Of a stretch of DNA of 64,000 nt, positions 10,836 through 20,488 are shown piece after piece (positions within the stretch are counted from its first letter, which is position 1; each line of letters begins with the position of its first letter). Both the position numbers and the translations under genes were made by a program. Source of the stretch: a virus. Lineage: Duplodnaviria; Heunggongvirae; Uroviricota; Caudoviricetes. The notes beneath the pieces were generated by a model. The model had not been told where the DNA came from, ran no database searches, and saw nothing but the letters and a program-made list of their open reading frames with translations. Where the stretch lies: positions 9,429 to 73,428 of the IMG/VR virus record IMGVR_UViG_3300031787_000010; one strand, given 5' to 3'.

Positions 10836-11970
10836 TATTCATATTTAACGTAGACACACCATCTGCTAACTTATCAAGTAACTCGGGTGTTACTGATACG
10901 ATTACAGTTTGTGATGCTCTTGGTCCTATGTTAAACGAAGCTACTCCGTTACGTTCTACACCATTTACTGAAATTTTTACACTATCGTTAGTTCTAATTT
11001 GTATTCCGTATGTAATTCCAAATGACGGATTAATAACCTTAAATAATTTAGTCTCTGGATAAATTGACGATCCTCTTCTCCAGGTAAATCTTAATGCCTC
11101 ACTCAAACTTGGTTCAAATGCAATTTCAGTTCTAGGTTCCCAACACGTTCCACCACCCGCACCTTGAAATGCAGATTGTACGTATCCATCTGGAATATTA
11201 CCTTCTTTTATTAACCCATCTATGCAACTTCTCCAGGTAAAAATTGGTGCAGGAGTTGGTGCCGGTGTTATTGGCGCCGGAGTTATTGGAGCCGGGGTTG
11301 TTGGTGAAGGCGTTACATTTGGTGCATTTGGTGATGGAGTTATTGGTGAAGGCGTTGGTATTAATTCAAATTCTGCTTCAAAAGTTTCCCCAGATATAAA
11401 TCCTAATCCATTTGATAACGTATTAGCTGTTTGTGGGGTAAATGTTAATGTATTATCAGATGTAAATGTACCTCCTGCTTTTTTCCATCTAACAAATCTC
11501 CACCCAACTGTAGGAGTTGCTAGTGCGGTAACTGTTTCTCCAATTTGTCTACCTACAATAATTTCATTGGTAATTTCTTGACCATCTATAGTAAATTTAC
11601 CAGCATTTGAATTTGCAGGAGTTACTCGAAGTCTAAATGAATAAATTACTGCTTCAGGTGATGGAGTTGCAACTGCTTCAGGTGATGGAGTTATAGGTGA
11701 TGGAGTTGCAACTGCTTCAGGTGATGGAGTTATAGGTGATGGAGTTATAGGTGATGGTGTTGTAGCTATTGGCGACGGAGTTACCGGCGACGGAGTTACC
11801 GGTGATGGTGTTACCGGCGACGGAGTTACCGGCGACGGAGTTACAGGTGATGGCGTTACAGGTGATGGCGTTGTAGCTATTGGCGACGGAGTTACCGGCG
11901 AAGATGTTACTCGTTCAAATACTGGTGTTATTTCGTAATTAGCATCTACTGTTATAGTTAATTGTGCCAT
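10816..11970 (-). CDS. Pro/Thr/Ser-rich (TPSP repeat) protein with a small beta-repeat domain (ATPTVGWRFVRW)
   Basis: Tandem TPSPV/TPSPI and TPAPI repeats; GWRFVRW motif shared with the next gene. Confidence 0.75.
   Translation of the reverse strand: MAQLTITVDANYEITPVFERVTSSPVTPSPIATTPSPVTPSPVTPSPVTPSPVTPSPVTPSPVTPSPIATTPSPITPSPITPSPEAVATPSPITPSPEAVATPSPEAVIYSFRLRVTPANSNAGKFTIDGQEITNEIIVGRQIGETVTALATPTVGWRFVRWKKAGGTFTSDNTLTFTPQTANTLSNGLGFISGETFEAEFELIPTPSPITPSPNAPNVTPSPTTPAPITPAPITPAPTPAPIFTWRSCIDGLIKEGNIPDGYVQSAFQGAGGGTCWEPRTEIAFEPSLSEALRFTWRRGSSIYPETKLFKVINPSFGITYGIQIRTNDSVKISVNGVERNGVASFNIGPRASQTVIVSVTPELLDKLADGVSTLNMNIEATER
11650..11905 (-). repeat. in-frame 15-nt tandem repeats encoding TPSP(V/I), plus 21-nt TPSPEAV(A) units
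   Basis: Repeated ggcgacggagttacc / ggtgatggagttata / ggtgatggagttgcaactgcttca on the + strand. Confidence 0.9.
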
Positions 11971-11973
11971 AAA

Positions 11974-12882
11974 TTACTCCGCGAATTCAATGCCGTCATT
12001 ACGAACACAAACATTATTAATACATCTAAATGTATTAAAAGCTTCACCACTTAACGGATCTTGACAATCAAAATCAGATGCACAAGATACTTCCGTAGGA
12101 CCACCACCGTTTCCTACAGGTGGAAGTGAGAATACCGGCGCGGGCGTTGGTGCCGGCGTTGGTGCCGGTGCTGGTGGTGGTGCTGCGACACATCGTGATG
12201 CTGGTATTGGGAATCCAAATGTGGTATATCCTACATTTACAATTTGACAAGTAAATCCTGATGGGCAGTTTTGTAGGAAAATATCACACTCGTCATTATT
12301 TGATATAGGAGCTGGTGTTATTGTAATAGGCGGTGGCGTTGGTGCTATTGGTGATGGTGTTGGTGCCGGCGGTGTACACGGTACACATCCAGATGGACAT
12401 GGTCTATTTGGTGCATATCCATCAACACATCCATTACCACAGTTACAATATCCGTATGACAACGCAGCTGGAGCAGGTGTTGCGGGTGGTTGTGTTATTC
12501 CACACGGAAATGGTCCATTTAATCCACCAGCATCAAGCGTATAGTATTGACCACTACCTGCGCCATAAATTCCATATGGAGCAGGTTGTGTTCCATTTGC
12601 ATCTGTATAGTATGAACGGCCGTCAGTCCACAACCAACGAGAAAGTTCAGTTTGTAAATTTCCGTAGCAAATAGAATCTACTGTTGTAGAATATCCGCCA
12701 ACTGCAATTTCTTCAAATTGTACTGGAGTTTTAGTAGTTTGAAATCTGACAAATCTCCAACCAGCTTCTGCTTCTGCTGATATGGTAACTTGGCGTCCAT
12801 AATTTCCAGTTGCCTGACCAGCACTAATATATGCGCGGCCGCCTTCTGCTCCATTTACTAGTACGCTTGTTTGTATAGCCAT
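11974..12882 (-). CDS. Cys-rich and Pro-rich modular protein, probable virion appendage
   Basis: AEAEAGWRFVRF domain, three Cys clusters separated by PAPTP linkers. Confidence 0.7.
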   Translation of the reverse strand: MAIQTSVLVNGAEGGRAYISAGQATGNYGRQVTISAEAEAGWRFVRFQTTKTPVQFEEIAVGGYSTTVDSICYGNLQTELSRWLWTDGRSYYTDANGTQPAPYGIYGAGSGQYYTLDAGGLNGPFPCGITQPPATPAPAALSYGYCNCGNGCVDGYAPNRPCPSGCVPCTPPAPTPSPIAPTPPPITITPAPISNNDECDIFLQNCPSGFTCQIVNVGYTTFGFPIPASRCVAAPPPAPAPTPAPTPAPVFSLPPVGNGGGPTEVSCASDFDCQDPLSGEAFNTFRCINNVCVRNDGIEFAE

Positions 12883-12900
12883 GTATATTTTCCTATGCTG

Positions 12901-13779
12901 TTAAGTTACAACAATACGACGATCAATTGTTTGTTGTAACTGATGTATGTTACTTTTTACTATTCGTTCTATGATGCTGAACATTTCATCTTGCTGAATT
13001 CGTTCATCACCACCCAATCCTTTAATAATTATTTCTTCCCTAGCCATTTCAAACAGTTTTGGTATGAACTCGTTTAGTTTATTAGAAAAATCTTGATTAA
13101 TTGACACACGTTCAAGTTTACCAATAGTTTCGTCATATGTCTGTTCAGGTACTACACTTATTGCTCCAATAACATTATTCGCAGTTGCTCCTTCGGTGTC
13201 ATCAGAAAATTGAACTCCAGATTTAAATATTTTTTCCAAAACACCCACAGCATCAGCTCTATTAAAAGATTTTTGTAGAAATTCACGCAATAACAACGAG
13301 TTTTCAACTACGGCTACTTCACTATTATATTCATTGTTGAATATCAATTCAACTTCAGTTCGAGACGGTCCCATTTCCACCATAGACAATCTACGGTCTG
13401 CGTATGAACCAATTTCGTCAGAAAAAAAGTTCATAACAAGTTTATATGTGCCTGGTATTAGTACTAAATTGTTTATTTCGAATAGCTTTGTAAAATCTAT
13501 CTGTAGGTAATTTTTATATGTTCCGTCCGTATATCCTACAATATGTAATTTTACTATTCCATCGGACAATTTTGTAACTACACTTAATATTAAATCATTT
13601 GAGTTTACAATAGTACTATAGAAATGAAATTCTACATTATCTTCGTTATCGTAACCAAAGCTTCCTGGCAGTTCTTCCAATAAAACTCCATCTTCTGGAT
13701 ATTTTACTATTCTTGATGCTAGAAATCTTGGTTCTGTTTTTGTAGTTATGTCACTTCTAAAGTTATTTTGATTTGGCAT
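12901..13779 (-). CDS. hypothetical structural protein
   Basis: 292 aa ORF in the structural operon. Confidence 0.6.
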   Translation of the reverse strand: MPNQNNFRSDITTKTEPRFLASRIVKYPEDGVLLEELPGSFGYDNEDNVEFHFYSTIVNSNDLILSVVTKLSDGIVKLHIVGYTDGTYKNYLQIDFTKLFEINNLVLIPGTYKLVMNFFSDEIGSYADRRLSMVEMGPSRTEVELIFNNEYNSEVAVVENSLLLREFLQKSFNRADAVGVLEKIFKSGVQFSDDTEGATANNVIGAISVVPEQTYDETIGKLERVSINQDFSNKLNEFIPKLFEMAREEIIIKGLGGDERIQQDEMFSIIERIVKSNIHQLQQTIDRRIVVT

Positions 13780-13787
13780 AATTTAAC

Positions 13788-14201
13788 TTATAAAGGTGGT
13801 AACCCGTCACCAGAATCATTAAACTCTGCGTTATCTAATTCTGTAAAGGTCTTGTCTAAACTTAAAATAACAGATGGTCTATATCTTTCAAAATATACTG
13901 GTGCGTAATAATGTTGCGATGCGGTTGGTACGTTTTCTATTGTTGGGGTTAGTATGATCGTTGACCCATCAATATCAACAGGTGTTACTACTTTAAATGG
14001 ATAAACTGATGACACTTCTGGTTGCAGTTCATTTAATGACTGTGTTGTTTGTATTACGTTTGGCGAAATAGCACGTTTATCTAGTGTATAAACGTCTCCT
14101 AAAGCAGAAAAATTGCTAGAGGAAACAAATATTATATCTTCATTTTCCCGATTTACATTTACTAAAAATTTAGGTATGTAAGTGTTAAACGTATTACTCA
14201 T
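13788..14201 (-). CDS. hypothetical structural protein
   Basis: ORF coupled to neighbours. Confidence 0.55.
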   Translation of the reverse strand: MSNTFNTYIPKFLVNVNRENEDIIFVSSSNFSALGDVYTLDKRAISPNVIQTTQSLNELQPEVSSVYPFKVVTPVDIDGSTIILTPTIENVPTASQHYYAPVYFERYRPSVILSLDKTFTELDNAEFNDSGDGLPPL

Positions 14202-15234
14202 TGCTGTCTATTTTAAAAGTATAATTAAATTCTGGGAAGAATACTAAATTTTGTGATTGTATTTTTAAATCTATATTGTAGTATCTATTGATGTTTAATC
14301 CGTTTGTGTCTAGAATAATATATGAACCAGAAGCGTCACAGTTTATTGCAGAATATGCATCAAATCTAAATAATTCAACATCAGCAGCGACATCCCGTAT
14401 TCTAAAATACGATTGGGACGGAAGATAGTACATATTTCGATAACGTTGTACCGCATCAAATCGTTTATCAGGATATAAGTCTCGAACTACCAAATAAATC
14501 TTATCAACCTCACCACTAGTGTATGATTGTTTAATATTTTTTGGTACAATTGAAAGATTACTATTTGGAATAGGCTTTAAACTTCCTGTTATAAACACTT
14601 GGTCGTTCCACACGACTTCTAGTAACGGTTCATATACCGTATGCGTGTTTCCAGAAAAAAATTTAATGTTACCTTTGTTGCTCTGATCTATTTCGTCTAC
14701 ATTTGGTAACTTAACTATAAGTCCATTCCACGGTGTTGTATTTACACCTTGTATTACCGGTCCAATTAAATTTGTTACATTAATTCTTATGTTGGATGAT
14801 ATTGGAACTTCTGAAAACGTATAGGATGCGGTTGTGGTCGTGGTAAAATCACTTCCAGCATTACTCCATGATGTTAATCGTGTTGCTTTTTCCCACGTTA
14901 CACCATCTTCCACATTTCTATTATCTTGATAAAAATATCCACTACCTTCAATCCAACTACGAGATATTGGACAAATTTCTATAGCTTGATATCTATTTAC
15001 AAATTTTGCATCAGCAATGTGTAAATTCAAATAATATTGCGCACTTGATGTATATGAACCGCTTACTAAATTAAAATTAAGTAGTGTGCGCACGGAACCG
15101 GTAGCGTACATTTTATCAGCATCTGTCGGTTTTACCCACTTACCAACTTCTAATATTTCATCTAATCCAGAATTATCAAATGGTAATCTTTGATAGATAC
15201 TAGCGTCTTGTGTAGTTTTAACAAAAGTTCTCAT
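14194..15234 (-). CDS. virion protein with DNRLRE/CBM96-like beta-sandwich N-terminus
   Basis: TQDASIYQ...LEVGK...RTLLNF...A.YYLNL...WIEG.G...TW pattern. Confidence 0.45.
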   Translation of the reverse strand: MRTFVKTTQDASIYQRLPFDNSGLDEILEVGKWVKPTDADKMYATGSVRTLLNFNLVSGSYTSSAQYYLNLHIADAKFVNRYQAIEICPISRSWIEGSGYFYQDNRNVEDGVTWEKATRLTSWSNAGSDFTTTTTASYTFSEVPISSNIRINVTNLIGPVIQGVNTTPWNGLIVKLPNVDEIDQSNKGNIKFFSGNTHTVYEPLLEVVWNDQVFITGSLKPIPNSNLSIVPKNIKQSYTSGEVDKIYLVVRDLYPDKRFDAVQRYRNMYYLPSQSYFRIRDVAADVELFRFDAYSAINCDASGSYIILDTNGLNINRYYNIDLKIQSQNLVFFPEFNYTFKIDSNE

Positions 15235-15246
15235 AGTAATTCTCTA

Positions 15247-17235
15247 TTATTGTCGAGCACTTCCGATAATATCCGTTTCTGGATAACGTATCTCGAAGAT
15301 ACAAGGGTCTAACGATGGATAAATAACATCATCTTCTATTGCTTCGTCCATCGGATAACGGTATTCTTGATAATCACGACCATCTTGGAACTTATATTTA
15401 TTAATTATTTCTACATTTGTCACGGTTTGTACACCGTCCACCGAACCAATTGTCAATCGTAAATCATTAAGTATGATTGGTTGATTGATTTGCCAACGGT
15501 CAATATCAAAAAATTGTTTAACTGCATCAATTGCTCTAGCTAATACATCATTCATATTGTAATTACGATAAACTACAATATCAAATTTTACAGCAATATT
15601 AACTACGAACGCATCGACAATATTCACATCATCAGTTAAAACACGATATTGTTCTAAATAATTCGCTAAATTTTTCTTTACTAACGAATTTAATGTAGTA
15701 AGTTTTTTCTGTGCGTTGTATCCTAATACATAAAGATTTACAGCATTTGGAGAAACTGGATCGTTTACGTATGCTCTGTTGTTAAATGGATTTTGGTCAT
15801 TATTTACTACCAATTTTGTTGCATCTTGTTCCATTACTGAATTAATTTGTTCGTCACGTACAACAAATACTTTAGCAACTGCGCCAAATTTTGACGGCAT
15901 TGCTAAACTACGAACAATATAATCTGCGTCTGTAACTACTCTATTTTGTGCATTAAAGTAGGCTAGTGCATTTTGACGAAGTTCTTCTATAGTCTCAATT
16001 CCGGCTCCACCAGTTGCGGGTTCATCATTTGTAATTGCTACACTTTCTACACTACGTGCAAAAAGATTTTGTTCTGATGAAGCGTAATCAACTGCTCTAT
16101 TTGCTATTAGCACCGAATCGACATTTACAATTGTATTAGATGCAACATTTGATTCTACACCGCCACCAACCGTATATGTAATTGTTAACGTAGTATTTGC
16201 AGGTGCGACACCAAACGTATCTGACGCTAAAAAGTCTGAAGGGTCTATTGCCGTATTTGCTACATTTTGATTGTATTTTGTATTTGCAATTTGAATTGGT
16301 CCAAGTGTCATAATATCTTGATCAGCAGATGTAGCTCCACCTGACCCAAACCACACTTCCAATTTTAAATTATTGTTTATTCTAGTAGTAAATCGACGCG
16401 ACTTTCGTATAAAGCGTGCTATTTTTGCCGGAGGTAACGAACCGGTGGTCATTAATTCTGCTTGTAAAAAGGCAGAAGAGGCTCTTGGTGAAATATCACG
16501 TTCTTCAATTACAATATCTTGACCTAGATAATCAACTTCATACCAATCATTTCCATCAGAATCGACAATACTAACAATACTAATTACGTCATTTTCTGGA
16601 AGTTCTATTCTGGTGAACGGTTCGGGTGATCCAAATGTATATGTAGCAGTTTTTATATCCGCCGATATTAATTTAATTTTTTTAGACACGACATAAGACG
16701 TAGGTGCTAATGACGCATCTCTCGTTAAAATTCTTATAGTACGATTACGTTCATCTGCGAAGTCTACATCTTCTATAGACCGAAATGATTTGATAGGCGG
16801 TGTGTTGGTAGAAAATTTAGAGTTAGTTAATATCTTTAAGAAGAATCTTTTATCTGGATCGTAATTGTTTGCGACACCAAGAGCTGGAACAATTTGATGT
16901 ACCGTTGCTTCTACCGTCGCGGCCGCGGTCAATCTTGGTTTATATCCCATAGCCTGTGAGATAGCGATGATATTTTGACGCTCTTGTGCAAATAATAAAA
17001 GATTTTCTCTAAATTGTGTATCAATATAGTATGTTAAAACGTCACCGACGTATGCTGCCATTTCCATAAACATCATACCCGGTGAAGTTTCATTAAAATC
17101 CGTATATGTGTTTGGATAATATGCTTTAGCAAACTCAATTAAATTACTTCGAAACTCGGTAAAGTTTTTAGCAAGATAACTTACGTCTTTTGTATTCGGT
17201 ATGAATTTTTTAATTATCGGTTGCGTTACCGCCAT
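15247..17235 (-). CDS. baseplate wedge subunit (T4 gp6-like)
   Basis: YTDFNETSPGMMFMEMAAYVGDVLTYY, GGGVESN, QNRVVTDADY motifs. Confidence 0.88.
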   Translation of the reverse strand: MAVTQPIIKKFIPNTKDVSYLAKNFTEFRSNLIEFAKAYYPNTYTDFNETSPGMMFMEMAAYVGDVLTYYIDTQFRENLLLFAQERQNIIAISQAMGYKPRLTAAATVEATVHQIVPALGVANNYDPDKRFFLKILTNSKFSTNTPPIKSFRSIEDVDFADERNRTIRILTRDASLAPTSYVVSKKIKLISADIKTATYTFGSPEPFTRIELPENDVISIVSIVDSDGNDWYEVDYLGQDIVIEERDISPRASSAFLQAELMTTGSLPPAKIARFIRKSRRFTTRINNNLKLEVWFGSGGATSADQDIMTLGPIQIANTKYNQNVANTAIDPSDFLASDTFGVAPANTTLTITYTVGGGVESNVASNTIVNVDSVLIANRAVDYASSEQNLFARSVESVAITNDEPATGGAGIETIEELRQNALAYFNAQNRVVTDADYIVRSLAMPSKFGAVAKVFVVRDEQINSVMEQDATKLVVNNDQNPFNNRAYVNDPVSPNAVNLYVLGYNAQKKLTTLNSLVKKNLANYLEQYRVLTDDVNIVDAFVVNIAVKFDIVVYRNYNMNDVLARAIDAVKQFFDIDRWQINQPIILNDLRLTIGSVDGVQTVTNVEIINKYKFQDGRDYQEYRYPMDEAIEDDVIYPSLDPCIFEIRYPETDIIGSARQ

Positions 17236-17247
17236 GTAAGTCTCCTA

Positions 17248-17628
17248 CTAAAACGTTAATACGATTGTATCTTGTATATTTGGATTAGTTCGTAATCGAT
17301 ATCCAACATACAATCGCAACCTATTTTGATCTAAATCTTCTGGTGCAGCGTTTAACTCAAACCTAATTAATTCTAAAAACGGCATCCATTTTTCAACCGC
17401 ATCTAAAACCGAAAGTTTAGCTCCTTCTATGTTTTCCGGAGTCAACTGCTCAAAAAGATAGTCGTGAATACCACACCCAAACTCCGGTTGATGAACACGC
17501 TCCCCCTTTCTAGTAAGTATCAAATTTATAAAATTTGATTTAACTTGAGTGAGAGTATCGAGTGATTGTTCAAAATAACCTGTATTTCCTATTTGTAATG
17601 GTAGTGTTATTCCGATACCTTTAGCCAT
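17248..17628 (-). CDS. baseplate gp25/GPW-like protein
   Basis: LILTRKGERVHQPEFGCGIHDYLFE...WMPF motif. Confidence 0.9.
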   Translation of the reverse strand: MAKGIGITLPLQIGNTGYFEQSLDTLTQVKSNFINLILTRKGERVHQPEFGCGIHDYLFEQLTPENIEGAKLSVLDAVEKWMPFLELIRFELNAAPEDLDQNRLRLYVGYRLRTNPNIQDTIVLTF

Positions 17629-17640
17629 AAAAATCTCCTA

Positions 17641-18021
17641 TTATACGATTTTCATCGCTTTCATTAATTGCGAATAATCTTTTGTCAAAGCGTCTCGAAC
17701 GTTCGGATCTACAGAGGTGGCTGGGACTTGTATTTTATTTCCTGCAGAATCCACTGTAGTAAACGTATTATGCGCAGTAATATTAGATGTATTCGCACTA
17801 ATAGTTCCAGATTCACGATTATAGTCAATACCCATTAATTCTGCAAGTCTACCTCTATCAATTTTAGGTTTGACTGCTTTAGGTTTTTCTGTTATAGATT
17901 CATTTAGTTTGGATACGTTTTTTACTTCTGCAACGGCTTCCGCTAACAATTCAGGTAAAATACGTTGTACTTCTTCTTCGACTATAGTTCTTATATATGC
18001 TTTTAATAATTGTTTATCCAT
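17641..18021 (-). CDS. hypothetical protein
   Basis: ORF with SD GGAG. Confidence 0.6.
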   Translation of the reverse strand: MDKQLLKAYIRTIVEEEVQRILPELLAEAVAEVKNVSKLNESITEKPKAVKPKIDRGRLAELMGIDYNRESGTISANTSNITAHNTFTTVDSAGNKIQVPATSVDPNVRDALTKDYSQLMKAMKIV

Positions 18022-18044
18022 ATATATCTCCTTACGTAGACGAT

Positions 18045-18560
18045 TTATGTTAATGTGGATGGAAACGGTAACGCTGGTAACGGTGGTATTTTTGGTGCTT
18101 GTACTACTGTACTTGGTGGGGTTAATGGAAATTTAAATAATTCTTTTCCTTTTGCCAAATTTTGTTTTCCTGCATTTCTTTTTTCTTTTGCTAAATCTTT
18201 TATTTGTTTTAATGCGGATAGTGTAGCTAAAATTTTAGGATCAACTAATGGGGGTTTTGGTATTTTTGCTAATAATCCAGCTACAGCTGCACCCGCTGCG
18301 GCAGTAGCAGCACCTTGTAAATTACCTGCAGCAGCTTTTGCTTTATTTACTGCTTCTTCTTTTGCTTTTAACGCAGTTTCTTTTGCTTCGGTAACTTTTA
18401 ACTGTGCTTCTGCTTCCAATTGCCGTTTTACTAAATTTGGATCAGGAACTACAGGAACTTTTGCTTTAATATCAGTTAATGTTACTGGCGGAATTGGTGG
18501 TGTTGGAATTGACGTTATGGTTCCTGCCTTTTGTACTGCTGCTTGAATTGGGTCTAACAT
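18045..18560 (-). CDS. Ala/Pro/Lys-rich hypothetical protein
   Basis: ORF between spike-like and gp25 genes. Confidence 0.55.
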   Translation of the reverse strand: MLDPIQAAVQKAGTITSIPTPPIPPVTLTDIKAKVPVVPDPNLVKRQLEAEAQLKVTEAKETALKAKEEAVNKAKAAAGNLQGAATAAAGAAVAGLLAKIPKPPLVDPKILATLSALKQIKDLAKEKRNAGKQNLAKGKELFKFPLTPPSTVVQAPKIPPLPALPFPSTLT

Positions 18561-18561
18561 A

Positions 18562-20064
18562 TTAGGTTACCTTGTAATAAGATTCTGATAGTATCCATTT
18601 ATTATTTTCTGTTTTTACTTGTTGACCTTGTTCAAATTCGTTTAGTTCAATTTTTGGTTCTTCATTCTGTAACATTACATAATTATCTTCGCTGTTGAAC
18701 GGAGCTTTCTTAAATGTACCTGTTTTTAACTCGTTGTATAACGTTAGTAACGCAGTTTCTATAGCTGGATTTAGTTTACCAGGACCAGTGGGTGTAATCA
18801 CATGAAAATTTGATGCAATGGCCGGCTTTCCACCGGACAAAGTTATTCTAGAATTTGCTTGTGTCTGTGCACGTATTCCTGTTGGAACACCCATCAACGC
18901 CTCTATCAATCTAGCTAAGAATATTGCAATACTTGTACCACCCACAAGTGGTTCATCTTCATTTTCTACACTTCCTACATAGATTTTATCAGCAAGAAAT
19001 GAAGTCTTTTTAATTGAAATAGATAGTATGTCGTTTCCGGCATTTATGATATGATCTTTATCTGCAATATCTTGTATGTTGTTAGTAGCTTTTTGTATTA
19101 TATCAACAAATGCGGTTAGTATGATATTACTATCTGTATCTATGGATGTATTTTTAAAGCTATTGAGGTATATTTCTTCGTTAGCGAACATCATAATATG
19201 TGTTAGTTTTGAATCTAACACAATTCTATCTGAATTTAGTAGTATCGTTGCTTTGTCAAATTTTTGTGGTGGGTTTTGTATAGAACGATAAAAAGCACCT
19301 ATATTAATCGTAATAGGTTCAAACGGTATTACTTGATCAGAAGTCATCCAAATTGACGATGCATCTTTGTTTACATCTTCAAGTATTAATCCAAAAGGAC
19401 TTTGTTTAGTTGCATCAGTTTTTTCTAAATCCTTACCTTGACCAGTGCGCAAGATAATATTTGGCGCCAATCCTTTGCTACTCGGGTCAATTTGACTTGA
19501 ACCAAATCGTATACTATGCCCCATTCTACCTTGAAAAATTACATCACCTTCAAAATGTTTTAATGGGCGAACTCGACTGTCTGGTTTAAAGTATTTACCA
19601 AACTGATGTCGTTCTACACTTAATTCATCACCCGATGCTACTGCAGCAGCTAACGTATTTGTCAATCGTTTATTTAACGCATCGTTTAGTTTTAACATAC
19701 CGTTTTCGGGTACTCTATGTGCTAACGGAACTCTACGACCATAAAAAAAGTTACCTCTAATTTTTTGAAGAATTACTAACTCTCCAATTAGGGGTAACTG
19801 TTGCACTTCAAAATCTATTGGGTCTGCCCAAGGCAATAATTCTTGGTCTACTGTATGTGATACAGAGAAAATACGTACTTTTGCTGCTCCTACGTTATAT
19901 CCGTCTTTAGGTGAATACTCTGGATGTGTATGATCTACTATTATGTCTACGACAAGACCCTCATATACAGATTCTTGTATACTTCTAGCTGATTCTGTGT
20001 TGCCGGAGATCGCCATATCTCCAGTAGGTCTACCTCTATAAACAATACGATCACCGGATGCCAT
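18562..20064 (-). CDS. baseplate hub/central spike-like protein (gp5/Gp138 N-terminal OB-like)
   Basis: GLVVDII...KVRIF...P...QLPLIGELV.L, GRMGHSIRFG, ILLNSDRIVL; next to gp25/gp6. Confidence 0.6.
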   Translation of the reverse strand: MASGDRIVYRGRPTGDMAISGNTESARSIQESVYEGLVVDIIVDHTHPEYSPKDGYNVGAAKVRIFSVSHTVDQELLPWADPIDFEVQQLPLIGELVILQKIRGNFFYGRRVPLAHRVPENGMLKLNDALNKRLTNTLAAAVASGDELSVERHQFGKYFKPDSRVRPLKHFEGDVIFQGRMGHSIRFGSSQIDPSSKGLAPNIILRTGQGKDLEKTDATKQSPFGLILEDVNKDASSIWMTSDQVIPFEPITINIGAFYRSIQNPPQKFDKATILLNSDRIVLDSKLTHIMMFANEEIYLNSFKNTSIDTDSNIILTAFVDIIQKATNNIQDIADKDHIINAGNDILSISIKKTSFLADKIYVGSVENEDEPLVGGTSIAIFLARLIEALMGVPTGIRAQTQANSRITLSGGKPAIASNFHVITPTGPGKLNPAIETALLTLYNELKTGTFKKAPFNSEDNYVMLQNEEPKIELNEFEQGQQVKTENNKWILSESYYKVT

Positions 20065-20065
20065 A

Positions 20066-20449
20066 TTACTTTCTCAATTGTGTTATCGTATTATCTAATT
20101 CGTCTTGTTCTGCTAAAACTGCATCGAAGTCCGATTTTATATTGTTTAATAACTGGTTTTTTTCCTCTTCTGATAGCAGTTCCGTACTTGCAGATTTACT
20201 ATTAACTGATACCAATCGTTGTGCTATCTGTACTAGTCGGACAATGTGTTCATCGTTCTTTACGTTTACTTCTAAAAAGTCTTTAACTACCGGTCCAAGT
20301 ACAGCAGCATCCTCTGGAGTACGAATTAGTTTGACCATACTTGCTACAAATTGATTTATTTGGGCACGTTTAGCTTCTGTGTTCTTATACACATCAGAAA
20401 ACAAATCCGCTAAGGTCTTTCCATCAAAAATAACGTTATCAAATGCCAT
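20066..20449 (-). CDS. hypothetical protein
   Basis: ORF. Confidence 0.6.
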   Translation of the reverse strand: MAFDNVIFDGKTLADLFSDVYKNTEAKRAQINQFVASMVKLIRTPEDAAVLGPVVKDFLEVNVKNDEHIVRLVQIAQRLVSVNSKSASTELLSEEEKNQLLNNIKSDFDAVLAEQDELDNTITQLRK

Positions 20450-20488
20450 ATTTTACTCATTTATGTAAACAGTCTATAATATAAATAT

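Noticed and set aside
10816-12882. Diversity-generating retroelement TR/VR pair
   Set aside because: Repeats are short in-frame tandems with synonymous variation; no reverse transcriptase in the window
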